From an uncultured Myxococcales bacterium (GTDB lineage Bacteria > Myxococcota_A > UBA9042), in contig CAITYF010000204.1 in NCBI GenBank assembly GCA_903896545.1, positions 21,143 through 85,142 of the forward strand: a DNA stretch of 64,000 nt, given 5' to 3'. Below the pieces are notes generated by a model that was not told where the DNA came from, ran no database searches, and worked only from the letters and a program-made list of their open reading frames with translations. Position numbers and translations under genes: made by a program. Below are positions 29,486-38,751 of the stretch, one piece after another. Each line of letters begins with the position of its first letter. Positions within the stretch are counted from its first letter, which is position 1.

Positions 29486-30007
29486 CTAAACGAGTTCAGC
29501 ACGGCCGTTCGCGATCTTTTCCATGAGCAGCATGATGCCGTCCATGACCTGCTCCGGACGCGGCGGGCAGCCGGGAATGTAGATGTCGACCGGAATGATG
29601 TGGTCGATACCCGGCACAGTCGCGTAGTTGTCGTAGAAGCCGCCCGTCGAGGCGCACGCACCAAACGCGATCACCCACTTGGGTTCCGCCATCTGCTCGT
29701 AGATGCGCTTCAGGATCGGCGCGTTCTTGTGCGTCACGGTGCCGACGACCATGAGCAGGTCCGCCTGACGCGGCGTAAAACGCGGCACTTCGCAGCCAAA
29801 ACGCGCCAGATCGTGCTGCGCGGCATTGACGGCCATGTACTCCATGCCGCAGCACGCCGTCACGAACGGGTACTGAAACAGCGAGAACTTGCGCCCCCAG
29901 TTGACCAGATCTTCGACTTTCGTCGTTAGCACGTTTTCGGCCATGCCGTGCTCGGCAAGCTCGTTCGCGCCAATCCCCAGTTCACTCTGCCGGTACAGTA
30001 CACCCAT
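29486..30007 (-). CDS. nuoB: NADH-quinone oxidoreductase subunit B
   Basis: TACCGMEY, PRQADLLMVVGT, MAEPKWVIAFGACASTGG, VDIYIPGCPPRPE. Confidence 0.95.
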   Translation of the reverse strand: MGVLYRQSELGIGANELAEHGMAENVLTTKVEDLVNWGRKFSLFQYPFVTACCGMEYMAVNAAQHDLARFGCEVPRFTPRQADLLMVVGTVTHKNAPILKRIYEQMAEPKWVIAFGACASTGGFYDNYATVPGIDHIIPVDIYIPGCPPRPEQVMDGIMLLMEKIANGRAELV

Positions 30008-30070
30008 GTCACCCTCGTGCAGTTGGACCTCGCGTCCGGGACGCTGATTTGCCCTTTCGCGCGGTTCGTG

Positions 30071-30922
30071 TCAACCGTCCAGCACCCACGCGCCCGGCAT
30101 CAGGCCGATAATCACGCGTGGAACCGGCGCTGTAAACTCCATCATTTGTTCCGTCGCGGGATGCGGAATGCGAATCAGACTGCAGTGCAGCGCGATCTGG
30201 TGCGGCGCCATGACGGTGGAATCCGCGTATTTGGCCGGCAGCTCCACCAGCGCGTGCAACGGCACCGACGTCAGCTCGGCGCCATAGCGGCGATCACCAA
30301 CGACCGGAAAGCCGATCGCGGACAGGTGAATGCGGATCTGATGCGTGCGCCCGCCGGTGATGGAAATGTGCAGCCGCGACATCATGCGACCGCGGGCGAT
30401 CAGCCGCCACGTAGTCACCGCCGGTTTGCCGCCTTGATCGATCGCCATGACTTGATGGCGGACTTGCGTGCCCTCGCGCAGAGAGCCGATCGGCAGCGTT
30501 ATCCGCCCGCGCGCGCCTTGAATGTCGCCTTGCGCCACGACGACGAATTCGCGCTTGCACAGCTCGCTGCGCCAATTCCAGCGCATCGCCTTGGCGGCCT
30601 CGGGGGTGCGCGTGAGCAACACGAGTCCGGTCGCTTCGGCGTCCAGCAGGCTGATCGGATACGTGGTGCCGTAGCCCAGCGCGTTGAGCGCGCCCGTGAC
30701 CGAGCGCAGACGGTACGGACCGGTCGGCACTACGGGGCAACCCGCCGACTTGTTGACGGCAATCAGAGCGTCGTCGGCAAAGATGACGGTGCAGATGTCC
30801 TTGGGGTTGATGCCCAGCTCGACGTGTTTGGTCGACTTCCCCGCTGGAATCGCCTTGGGCTTGGCTGGAGTCTTGGCACGCGGCTTGGCTGCCGCAGCTT
30901 TCTTGGGCGCAGGCGTGGGCAT
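30071..30922 (-). CDS. RluA-family pseudouridine synthase-like protein with degenerate active-site motifs
   Basis: AVNKSAG, GRTHQIRIHL, PVVGDRRYG and LHC are present, but motif II reads SLLDAEATG instead of HRLD. Confidence 0.85.
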   Translation of the reverse strand: MPTPAPKKAAAAKPRAKTPAKPKAIPAGKSTKHVELGINPKDICTVIFADDALIAVNKSAGCPVVPTGPYRLRSVTGALNALGYGTTYPISLLDAEATGLVLLTRTPEAAKAMRWNWRSELCKREFVVVAQGDIQGARGRITLPIGSLREGTQVRHQVMAIDQGGKPAVTTWRLIARGRMMSRLHISITGGRTHQIRIHLSAIGFPVVGDRRYGAELTSVPLHALVELPAKYADSTVMAPHQIALHCSLIRIPHPATEQMMEFTAPVPRVIIGLMPGAWVLDG

Positions 30923-30989
30923 CAGACACACTCCTCAGTTGCCAGCAACCGATGCGCCAAGTGTAGCACGAATTTGCCGCGCTGCGTCG

Positions 30990-33900
30990 TCACGGGCACC
31001 CTTCTTCGGCAACGCCGTTGCAATCGTTGTCGACGCCGTCGCCGCAGACTTCGAAGGGTCCGTACGCGTGGTTGTGCCCCCAGTACTCGCCGTAGTCGCA
31101 GCCGGGCAACCACACGCCCGACGCGCAGAAGCCGGCCATCCGCGTCGCGCCTGCGCAGACGCCCTGTTGATTCGGACACAGGGGCAGCACAAGGCTGTCG
31201 TCAATGCCGTCGAAGGCACCGTCGCAGTCGTTGTCCAAGCCGTCACAAATTTCGGCGCTCGGTTGGGTATTCTGGTTGCAGGCAAGCGCGCCGGCGCTGC
31301 AGACCGTCGTTCCCGCCGCGCAGACGCCGTTCAGGCCGGTACTGCAAGCTTGGCCGCCGAGAATGCCCTCGTCGGCGATGCTGTCACAGTCGTCGTCCAA
31401 GCCATTGCAGATTTCCACGCCTGCGGTGACAAATTGGACGCACTGCAATGCGCCACTCACGCACTGTTGCGTGCCCGCCGCGCAGATGCCGGGCGAACCA
31501 GTGCCGCAGACCGCGCCGCCGCCGGGATTGCCCTCGTCGACGATGGTGTCGCAGTTGTTGTCCAAGCCGTCGCAGGTTTCCACACTCGGCTGGACAAGTT
31601 GGACGCAGACGAGCGCACCACCCTGACAGTGGAACGTGCCCGCACCGCAAACGCCAGGCTTGCCGGTGTCACACGCGCCGCCGCCGCCGGGATCGCCTTC
31701 ATCGACGGTGCCGTTGCAGTTGTTGTCCTTGCCGTCGCACGTCTCGGCGCTAGGCGCCACGTCCTGCGTGCACTGCAGCGCGCCCGATGAACACAGCGTC
31801 GTGCCCGCGGCGCACACGCCGTTCAAGCCCGTGTTGCACAGCGCGCCGCCGCCAGGATTACCCTCGTCCACGATGGTGTCGCAATTGTTGTCCAAACCGT
31901 CGCAGAGTTCCACGCTCGGCTGGACAGCTTGAACGCAGACGAACCCGCCGCCCTGACAATGGCGCGTGCCTGCACCGCACACGCCAGGCTTACTGGTGTC
32001 GCACACGCCGCCGCCGCCGGGATCGCCTTCATCGACGGTGCCGTTGCAGTTGTTGTCCTTGCCATCGCACGTCTCGGCGCTTGGCGCCACGTCCTGCGTG
32101 CACTGCACCGCACCCGCCGAGCACAGCGTCGTACCCGCGGCGCAGACGCCCAACTTGCCCGTGTTGCACGTGAGGCCGCCGCCGGGATCGCCCTCGTCGG
32201 TTTGGCCGTCGCAGTCCTCGTCTTGTCCGTTGCATGTGTCCGCAGCGGGCGTGCTCGCGGTGCAACTCATACCCGCCGCGCCGTTGCAGACCTTCACGCC
32301 CACGCACGTGCCAAAGCCGTTGGTATTGTTGCAAGCGGTTCCCACGCCAACGTTCTCATCGATCACGCCGGTGCAGTTGTCATCGACGCCGTTGCACGTC
32401 TCGGCGACGCCGGGATTCACCGTCGCGCTGCCGTCGTCGCAGTCCAGACTGTTGGCGACAAAGCCGGTGGGTGCGCTGCACGCCTGCGCGGTGACCGCGA
32501 GGTTGCCGAACGTGTCGCCGTCCTGGTCGCGATAGAACGTCGTCTTGACGCCTTCATCCGCGGTTCCGTCGCAGTTGTCGTCGACGTTGTTGCACGTCTC
32601 GGTTGCGCCGGGATGAACGCTGCCAACCGCGTCGTTGCAATCCGTCGCGTCGCTCACGTAGTTCGCAGGCGCGCTGCACGCGAGCTCGGTCGCACTGGCA
32701 CTGCCAAACGTGTCGCCGTCGCTATCCTGGTAGAATGTCGACTTCACGCCTTCGTCGATGCTCTGGTCGCAGTTGTCGTCAACGCCGTTGCAGGTTTCCG
32801 TTGCACCGGGGTGAACACTGGCGCTGTCGTCGTTGCAGTCGCCGCCGAATTGGGTCGGGTTCTGCACGGTGCCCACGCACAAGCACAGCGTCGTGCCGCC
32901 AGTGGGGCCAAAGCCGTCGCTGTCGCCGTCGCCGTAGTGCGCCGCGCAGCCAGTCGAATCTTGACCGTCCGTCACGCCGTTGCAGTCGTCATCGTAGCCA
33001 TTGCAGGCCTCCACAGCGCCCGGGTGAACCTTCTTGCTCGCGTCGTCGCAATCCTGCGCGACGGTCGCGTAGCCAGCGGGCAAACTGCACGCTTCGGTCG
33101 TCGCGCCGGCGAGGCCAAAAGTGTCGCCGTCGCCGTCCCAATAGAACGCCGTCTTCACGCCCTCGTCATTCTCGCCGTTGCAGTCGTCGTCCTTGCCGTT
33201 GCACGTCTCCGTTGCGCCGGGGTGAATGCTGCCGTCACTGTCGTCGCAATCGCCGCCGACAAGCGCGTAGCCCGCGGGCTTTTTGCACGCGAGCGTTGTG
33301 TTGCCCGTGTCGCCAAAAGCGTCACCGTCGCCGTCCCAATAGAACGCCGTCTTCACGCCTTCGTCGGTCACTGCATTGCAGTCGTCGTCGACGCCGTTGC
33401 ACGTTTCACTCGCGGTCGGGTGGACCGTCTTGTCGCCGTCGTTGCAGTCCGCGCCGCCGTTGGGGCACGTGGCGGGCTGCCCCAACGTGGTCTTTTCCGC
33501 TGCACAGTACCCATCGCCGTCCACGTCGCATGCGTCGTCGGTCACGCCGCTGCAGTCATTGTCGAGATCATCACACACATCAATCGCGCCGGGATGGATG
33601 GCCGCCGCGGCGTCGTTGCAGTCGCCGCCTCCCTGCGGGCACGTCGCTGGCTTGCCGAGCGTTGCCTTCTTGGCGTCGCAGAACCCATCGCTGTCACCGT
33701 CACAGCTGTCGTCGACCGTCGCGTTGCAGTCGTTGTCCACGTCGTCACACACGTCGATCGCACCGGGGTGAATCGCACTGTCGCCGTCGTTGCAGTCGCC
33801 GCCGCCGCTTTTGCACGCCTTGGACGCGCCGACCAACGGGATGGCGCCGTCGCAGAACCCGTCGCCGTCGTCATCACAGCCCTCATCGGGGCCATTCGCG

Positions 33901-36794
33901 CAGTCATCGTCGACGTCGTTGCACGCTTCCACCGCTGCCGGGTGAACGGCGTCATTTTCGTCGTTGCAATCCAAAACCGTGACGGACGTGGACAGCGGGC
34001 ACACCGTCGGCGCGTCAAACCACAGCATGTTCGCGTCGCAGTAGCCATCCTTGTCGTTGTCGCAGCCCTCGTCGGTCTCGCCGTTGCAGTTGTCGTCGAC
34101 GTTGTTGCACACCTCCAACGCGCTCGGCGAAACGCCCTTGGTCGTGTCGTTGCAGTCCAGCAGGTTGACCGTGACCGACTTCTTGCACGTCACCGTCGCG
34201 CCCGCCGTCCAGCCCATCGTGCCGTCGCAGAAGCCGTCGCCGTCGTCGTCGCAGCCGTCGTCGGTCGTGCCGTTGCAGTCGTTGTCCAAGCCGTCGCACG
34301 TCGCCTCGATCGGCGTTTGCCAGTCGGGAACCGCGCTGTAGTCGCAGAGCCAGCCGCCTTCGCTGCACGTGGCCTTGGGCTTGGTCACCGCGCACACGCC
34401 CGTCTGCTTGCACGTCGACTTCTCCACCGGCAAGTCGCTCGATTCATCCGTCACGCCGTTGCAGTTGTCGTCCAAAAGGTTGCACTGCTCGGTCTTGATC
34501 TGGTCCAAGGAGGAGCACGTCACCGTCGATTTGTCCGCGCCGCACACCACTGTGCCGCCGCCGCACGCGCCGGTCAGGCAGGTCTCGCCAATCTTGCGCA
34601 ACGCGATGCCGTCAAAATCGACGTAGTCAAAGTCGTCGTCCGTCTTGCCGTCGCAGTCGTTGTCCAAGCCGTCGCAGCTCACTTCCACCATGTTGTGGCA
34701 AATCGGCGTGGAGCCACCGCAATTGCACAGCGGATCCTCGATGATACCGCATTCATCTTTGGGATCGCTGGAGATTTCGATGCCGGGTACCTGACTGTAA
34801 TTGCAAGTCCAAGCGCCTTGGAAGCAGACCGTCTTGATCGCGCTCAAGCCCGCGGCACAAACGCCGACTTTTTGGCAGGTCGAGTCGGCTAGCGACGTCA
34901 AGTTCTCATCGACCTTGCCGTTGCAGTTGTCGTCCACGTTGTTGCACGTCTCGACCGTGCTCTGCGGCTTGGAGCCGTCCGCGTCGCTGGAACACGCCGC
35001 CGATCCGGCGTTCTTGCACTCGACCACGCCCATGCCGCACGCGCCCACGCCGTCGCACGCGCCGCCGAGCGCCACCAGGGTGTTGTCTTCTTGCCAGTAA
35101 GTGAACGGCTCGTCCGTCTTGGCGTCGCAGTTGTCATCTTTGCCGTTGCATTGTTCCGCTTGCGGGCGCTGGTCGCCGTCACAGCCCACGCACGTGCCGG
35201 TCTTGGCGTCAGATGGCGTCGCGCACTCGACGGAGCTGGTCGGCTGCTGGCCGAACTTGTAGTGCTTGCAGACCGAGAAGCCCGTCGTTTGCCCAAACTT
35301 GTCGCCAACGTGCCCACATTCGCCGTTCAGGTTGCCGCACGCCGCGTCCAATCCTTCCGGGTTACCGTCGTCGGTGATGCCGTTGCAGTTGTCGTCGCGG
35401 CCGTTGCACAGCTCCTTGGCTTCGGGGTTGACGGCCTTGTCGGTGTCGTCGCAGTCCGCGGGCTCAAGCCAGCCATCACCGTCCTTGTCTCTGGCGTCGC
35501 ACGGCGGGTCCACCTGACAGCTCTGCGACTTCCCGTCGCCGCATTTTTCCGGCGCACCCAGGTACGTCAACGGATCGGTGTCGTCGCAGTCTTTCTTCGC
35601 CGGGTAGCCGTCGCCATCTTTGTCGGTTGGATCGCATGGCGTCGGGTGGCCATCGCAGTTCGTGTCGCAAATCGTCGTGTCCACGACACCGACCGGGCAG
35701 CATTTTTCCGCCGCGCCCGGAAAGAATTCGGCGTGGTACTGCGCGAACTTGTAATCGCACTTGGCTTTTTCCACGTCGTTGTTGACGCCGTCGCCGTCGA
35801 TGTCGAGCAGCTCACAGCCCTGGTTGATCTGGCCATCACAGTCGTCGTCGGCGTCGTTGGTGCAGTCCTCTTTGGCTGCCTTCTTGTCGGCGGTTGAGCA
35901 AACCATCGGCTTCTTGGCACCGGTCGGATCACACTGCCAGTGTCCGCCCGCGCACACACCGAAGCCGCACGTCCCGCCCACTTGATGCGTCGGGCTCGGG
36001 TCCTCCGCAGTCGCCAGCCCTTCGTCAACCAGCAAGTCGCAGTCGTTGTCTTTGCCGTCACAAACTTCCAGAGCCCCAGGGAAGATGGCCGGGTCATCGG
36101 ACGCGCCCGCCAGGCAGCCGGCTTCCTGGCAGTCGGGCACGCCGTCTTTGTCCGTGTCGACGCATGCAAGGTCGGTGCCATCGCAGTCTTCATCCAAGCC
36201 ATTTCCGCACTGCGTACAAGCGTTTTCCGTGTTGAACGGGTTGGACGAATACCCCACGGGCACTCCGTCCTTGTCCGTGGCACCGTCGTCGTTGCAGTCG
36301 CTGGGCGCGCCCGGATCGCTACAACAGCCGATCTTTTGGCAGTCCGCCACGCCGTCTGCATCGGCATCGCAATTCGCCTGCGGCGCGCGCAGCGTCAACT
36401 CCAAGGTCCCTGTCGTGCGCGTGTCCACGACGCCGCTCCAAGCGGTCAGCACCTGCTTCTTCTCAACGCCCAGCACGCGCAACTGGACGATTCCCGCCGA
36501 ACCCGGAGGCTGCGCCAGATCAATGCTGTAAGGCGTGGTGACGATGTTGCGGCCCGCCGGCAGCGCAAACGTCAGGTCCGCCTCCTTGCCAGGCGCGGGC
36601 AATTTCAGCTGCCCATCCGGCGAACGCAGAGAGAGTTGCAGGCTCGCGATGGCGGCACCGGGCTGCAAAGGCGGCTCGCTGCTGATGATGAGGCGCAAGA
36701 ACGGGTAGTCGGTCACGTCCTTGGCACAGCCGATGGCCAAAACAAGCAGCAGACACGCCAACCAAAATGAGGTCTTACGACTGCGACGTGGCAT
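30990..36794 (-). CDS. Giant (1934 aa) Cys/Asp-rich repeat lipoprotein with MopE-like putative metal-binding repeats
   Basis: Lipobox LAIGC after a basic/hydrophobic leader. About 28 copies (eye count) of E-x-C-[DN]-G-x-D-[DN]-[DN]-C-[DN]-G, many preceded by DC[DN]D...HPGA. Confidence 0.9.
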   Translation of the reverse strand: MPRRSRKTSFWLACLLLVLAIGCAKDVTDYPFLRLIISSEPPLQPGAAIASLQLSLRSPDGQLKLPAPGKEADLTFALPAGRNIVTTPYSIDLAQPPGSAGIVQLRVLGVEKKQVLTAWSGVVDTRTTGTLELTLRAPQANCDADADGVADCQKIGCCSDPGAPSDCNDDGATDKDGVPVGYSSNPFNTENACTQCGNGLDEDCDGTDLACVDTDKDGVPDCQEAGCLAGASDDPAIFPGALEVCDGKDNDCDLLVDEGLATAEDPSPTHQVGGTCGFGVCAGGHWQCDPTGAKKPMVCSTADKKAAKEDCTNDADDDCDGQINQGCELLDIDGDGVNNDVEKAKCDYKFAQYHAEFFPGAAEKCCPVGVVDTTICDTNCDGHPTPCDPTDKDGDGYPAKKDCDDTDPLTYLGAPEKCGDGKSQSCQVDPPCDARDKDGDGWLEPADCDDTDKAVNPEAKELCNGRDDNCNGITDDGNPEGLDAACGNLNGECGHVGDKFGQTTGFSVCKHYKFGQQPTSSVECATPSDAKTGTCVGCDGDQRPQAEQCNGKDDNCDAKTDEPFTYWQEDNTLVALGGACDGVGACGMGVVECKNAGSAACSSDADGSKPQSTVETCNNVDDNCNGKVDENLTSLADSTCQKVGVCAAGLSAIKTVCFQGAWTCNYSQVPGIEISSDPKDECGIIEDPLCNCGGSTPICHNMVEVSCDGLDNDCDGKTDDDFDYVDFDGIALRKIGETCLTGACGGGTVVCGADKSTVTCSSLDQIKTEQCNLLDDNCNGVTDESSDLPVEKSTCKQTGVCAVTKPKATCSEGGWLCDYSAVPDWQTPIEATCDGLDNDCNGTTDDGCDDDGDGFCDGTMGWTAGATVTCKKSVTVNLLDCNDTTKGVSPSALEVCNNVDDNCNGETDEGCDNDKDGYCDANMLWFDAPTVCPLSTSVTVLDCNDENDAVHPAAVEACNDVDDDCANGPDEGCDDDGDGFCDGAIPLVGASKACKSGGGDCNDGDSAIHPGAIDVCDDVDNDCNATVDDSCDGDSDGFCDAKKATLGKPATCPQGGGDCNDAAAAIHPGAIDVCDDLDNDCSGVTDDACDVDGDGYCAAEKTTLGQPATCPNGGADCNDGDKTVHPTASETCNGVDDDCNAVTDEGVKTAFYWDGDGDAFGDTGNTTLACKKPAGYALVGGDCDDSDGSIHPGATETCNGKDDDCNGENDEGVKTAFYWDGDGDTFGLAGATTEACSLPAGYATVAQDCDDASKKVHPGAVEACNGYDDDCNGVTDGQDSTGCAAHYGDGDSDGFGPTGGTTLCLCVGTVQNPTQFGGDCNDDSASVHPGATETCNGVDDNCDQSIDEGVKSTFYQDSDGDTFGSASATELACSAPANYVSDATDCNDAVGSVHPGATETCNNVDDNCDGTADEGVKTTFYRDQDGDTFGNLAVTAQACSAPTGFVANSLDCDDGSATVNPGVAETCNGVDDNCTGVIDENVGVGTACNNTNGFGTCVGVKVCNGAAGMSCTASTPAADTCNGQDEDCDGQTDEGDPGGGLTCNTGKLGVCAAGTTLCSAGAVQCTQDVAPSAETCDGKDNNCNGTVDEGDPGGGGVCDTSKPGVCGAGTRHCQGGGFVCVQAVQPSVELCDGLDNNCDTIVDEGNPGGGALCNTGLNGVCAAGTTLCSSGALQCTQDVAPSAETCDGKDNNCNGTVDEGDPGGGGACDTGKPGVCGAGTFHCQGGALVCVQLVQPSVETCDGLDNNCDTIVDEGNPGGGAVCGTGSPGICAAGTQQCVSGALQCVQFVTAGVEICNGLDDDCDSIADEGILGGQACSTGLNGVCAAGTTVCSAGALACNQNTQPSAEICDGLDNDCDGAFDGIDDSLVLPLCPNQQGVCAGATRMAGFCASGVWLPGCDYGEYWGHNHAYGPFEVCGDGVDNDCNGVAEEGCP
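31250..32230 (-). repeat. Tandem ~165-bp (55-aa) repeats, including a near-identical ~330-bp duplication
   Basis: GATCGCCTTCATCGACGGTGCCGTTGCAGTTGTTGTCCTTGCC occurs at 31691 and 32021. The protein unit DEGxPGGG..C.TG..GVC.AGT..C..G...C.Q.V.PS.E.CDG.DNNC repeats about six times. Confidence 0.85.
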
Positions 36795-37002
36795 TTCGGC
36801 TCCCAAGCTACGCAACCGTTTGCGCGCCGATGCCGGGAGTATACCGAACCGTGCCGCGGTATGAAACGCGTTGGCACCGGGATTCGCGGGGAAGTGCCGT
36901 GATAGTCGATTCTTGCCGCGAAATTGTGCGTTGCACACAGGCTGCTTGCGTCGCGGCCAAGTCCAGCTATGCTCCTTGCGGTCGCCCGTCCCAGAGGTCC
37001 TC

Positions 37003-38562
37003 GTGTCGTCGCAAGCCCGCATCCTCGTTGTCGCCAATGGTCCTGAGTTGCTGCAGTCGCTGACGGCGGTGACGACGCCGCTGGGTCACCTGCTGATGCA
37101 CGCGCAAACCGCCGATGAGTTGGCATTGCGGCTGGGAGAACTGCGGCCCGAGCTACTCGTGATCGACGGCGACGCGCCGCTCGCCCGCGACGTGGAAAAG
37201 CTGGCGGAAGTGCTGAGCCGGATTCGCGGAGATGGCACGCGGCCACAGCTCGTGCTGATCGTCCGGCCAGACGACACGCTGCGCGAAACGCTGTGCATCG
37301 CGACGCGCGCGGACGACGTGCTAGACAAGCCTCTGGATGCTCTGGACCTACAAGTTTGCGTGCGAACGGCGGTTCGCGTCCATCGATCGAGCGCGCAGGC
37401 GATGCGCGATCGCGACATTTTGAACGCGCTCTTTGAGCTCTCCACGTTCTCGAAAGCCTACGCGTCGACCGATGAAGTGCTAGAGGCCCTGGCGCGGCGG
37501 GTGTCGGAATGGATGGGCATGTCGCACGTCGTCGTGACGCTGGGTCCGGCGAGCCAGCCGCGCGCCGTGGCGGAAGTGCACCGACAGTCGGGCGGTCGCG
37601 GCAGCTCCGTCATCGACCGGCGTCACGCGGAACTCTTCAACCGCGGGGAAATGCTGGTTATTGAGGAGTCGGAAGGCGTGCTGGCGGGTGAACACCCAGC
37701 GACCCTGCCCTACGTGGGCCTGCCGCTGCAAAGTCAGGACGGCGAGGTGCTCGGCGCGCTGCACGCGTGGGGACACGACACGGAAGTGTCCCTGAACCGC
37801 CGAATCGGGGCGAGCGCGCGCTTGCGGGTGTTGCGCGTGGCCGCAGAGCGGATCTCGACCGAAATTCAGCTGCACCAGACCAACCGTCGACTCGAAGAAA
37901 TGGCGGAAGCGCGGACGGCGGACCTGACTGCGGCGCTGGAGCGCCTGCGCGGCGTGAATGCACAGCTTCTGGAAGCGAGCCGCGACACGGTCATGCGCTT
38001 GGCGCGCGCCGCGGAATACCGCGATGGCGATACAGGCGAGCACGTCGAGCGCATGAGCAGCTACGCGCAAGTGCTGGCACGGCAGCTGGGGATGACGGTC
38101 GAGGATCAGGCGCTCATCAAGCTGGCTGCGCCGATGCACGACGTGGGCAAGATCGGCATTCGCGACTCGGTGCTGTTGAAGCAGGGGCGGCTGACCGATG
38201 ACGAGTGGCAACAAATGCGCGAACACCCCAGCATCGGCGCGCGAATTCTGGCGGGCTCGCGATCCAAGCTGCTGCAGATGGCCGAGCAGATCGCCGCGGC
38301 ACACCATGAGAAGTGGGACGGCACTGGCTATCCGAACGCGGCGCAGGGCGAGATGATCCCGCTGGTGGGCCGCATCGTGGCGCTGGCGGACGTGTTCGAC
38401 GCGCTGACGACGCCGCGCGTGTACAAGGACGCGTGGAGTGTGGACGACGCCGTGGCGCACATTCAGCGCGAGCGCGGGCGGCATTTTGACCCGAAGGTCG
38501 TCGCTGCGTTTGAGCAGTGCTTGGACCAGCTGCTGGAAGTGCGGGCGGGTTACTTGGAATAG
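37003..38562 (+). CDS. HD-GYP cyclic-dinucleotide phosphodiesterase with atypical receiver and GAF-like domains
   Basis: YRDGDTGEHVERM, MHDVGKIGI, HHEKWDGTGYP, ADVFDAL, GRHFDP. GTG start after GAGGT. Confidence 0.9.
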   Translation: MSSQARILVVANGPELLQSLTAVTTPLGHLLMHAQTADELALRLGELRPELLVIDGDAPLARDVEKLAEVLSRIRGDGTRPQLVLIVRPDDTLRETLCIATRADDVLDKPLDALDLQVCVRTAVRVHRSSAQAMRDRDILNALFELSTFSKAYASTDEVLEALARRVSEWMGMSHVVVTLGPASQPRAVAEVHRQSGGRGSSVIDRRHAELFNRGEMLVIEESEGVLAGEHPATLPYVGLPLQSQDGEVLGALHAWGHDTEVSLNRRIGASARLRVLRVAAERISTEIQLHQTNRRLEEMAEARTADLTAALERLRGVNAQLLEASRDTVMRLARAAEYRDGDTGEHVERMSSYAQVLARQLGMTVEDQALIKLAAPMHDVGKIGIRDSVLLKQGRLTDDEWQQMREHPSIGARILAGSRSKLLQMAEQIAAAHHEKWDGTGYPNAAQGEMIPLVGRIVALADVFDALTTPRVYKDAWSVDDAVAHIQRERGRHFDPKVVAAFEQCLDQLLEVRAGYLE

Positions 38563-38594
38563 GCGACAGGAAGGTGTGAGCGTTTGGGGGCGCA

Positions 38595-38648
38595 TCCGGC
38601 CCAAAAGGCCGGACCGGGTCGCCAATCGCCAACGTCGGACGTTGGCGA
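38595..38648. terminator. Two hairpins between convergent genes
   Basis: TCCGGCC-CAAAA-GGCCGGA (38595-38613) and TCGCCAACGT-CGG-ACGTTGGCGA (38626-38648). Confidence 0.45.
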
Positions 38649-38751
38649 CGGAGTCCCGATGCGGGCCTCCGCGCGAAGCGTTGGGCCCCTTGCGCGCTGG
38701 CGCCTCAGCCACGGGCCGCGCCCGGACGAGCGGTTGAGGTGAAGCGGGCGG

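Noticed and set aside
24910-34892. 1289-aa minus-strand and 987-aa plus-strand ORFs opposite the kinase/deoB and the giant repeat gene
   Set aside because: Antisense shadows with Arg/Ala/Val-rich nonsense composition.
36871-36890. TTGGCAC-N5-TTCGC as a sigma54 promoter for the HD-GYP gene
   Set aside because: The -12 element is not TTGC; a single weak match is expected by chance.
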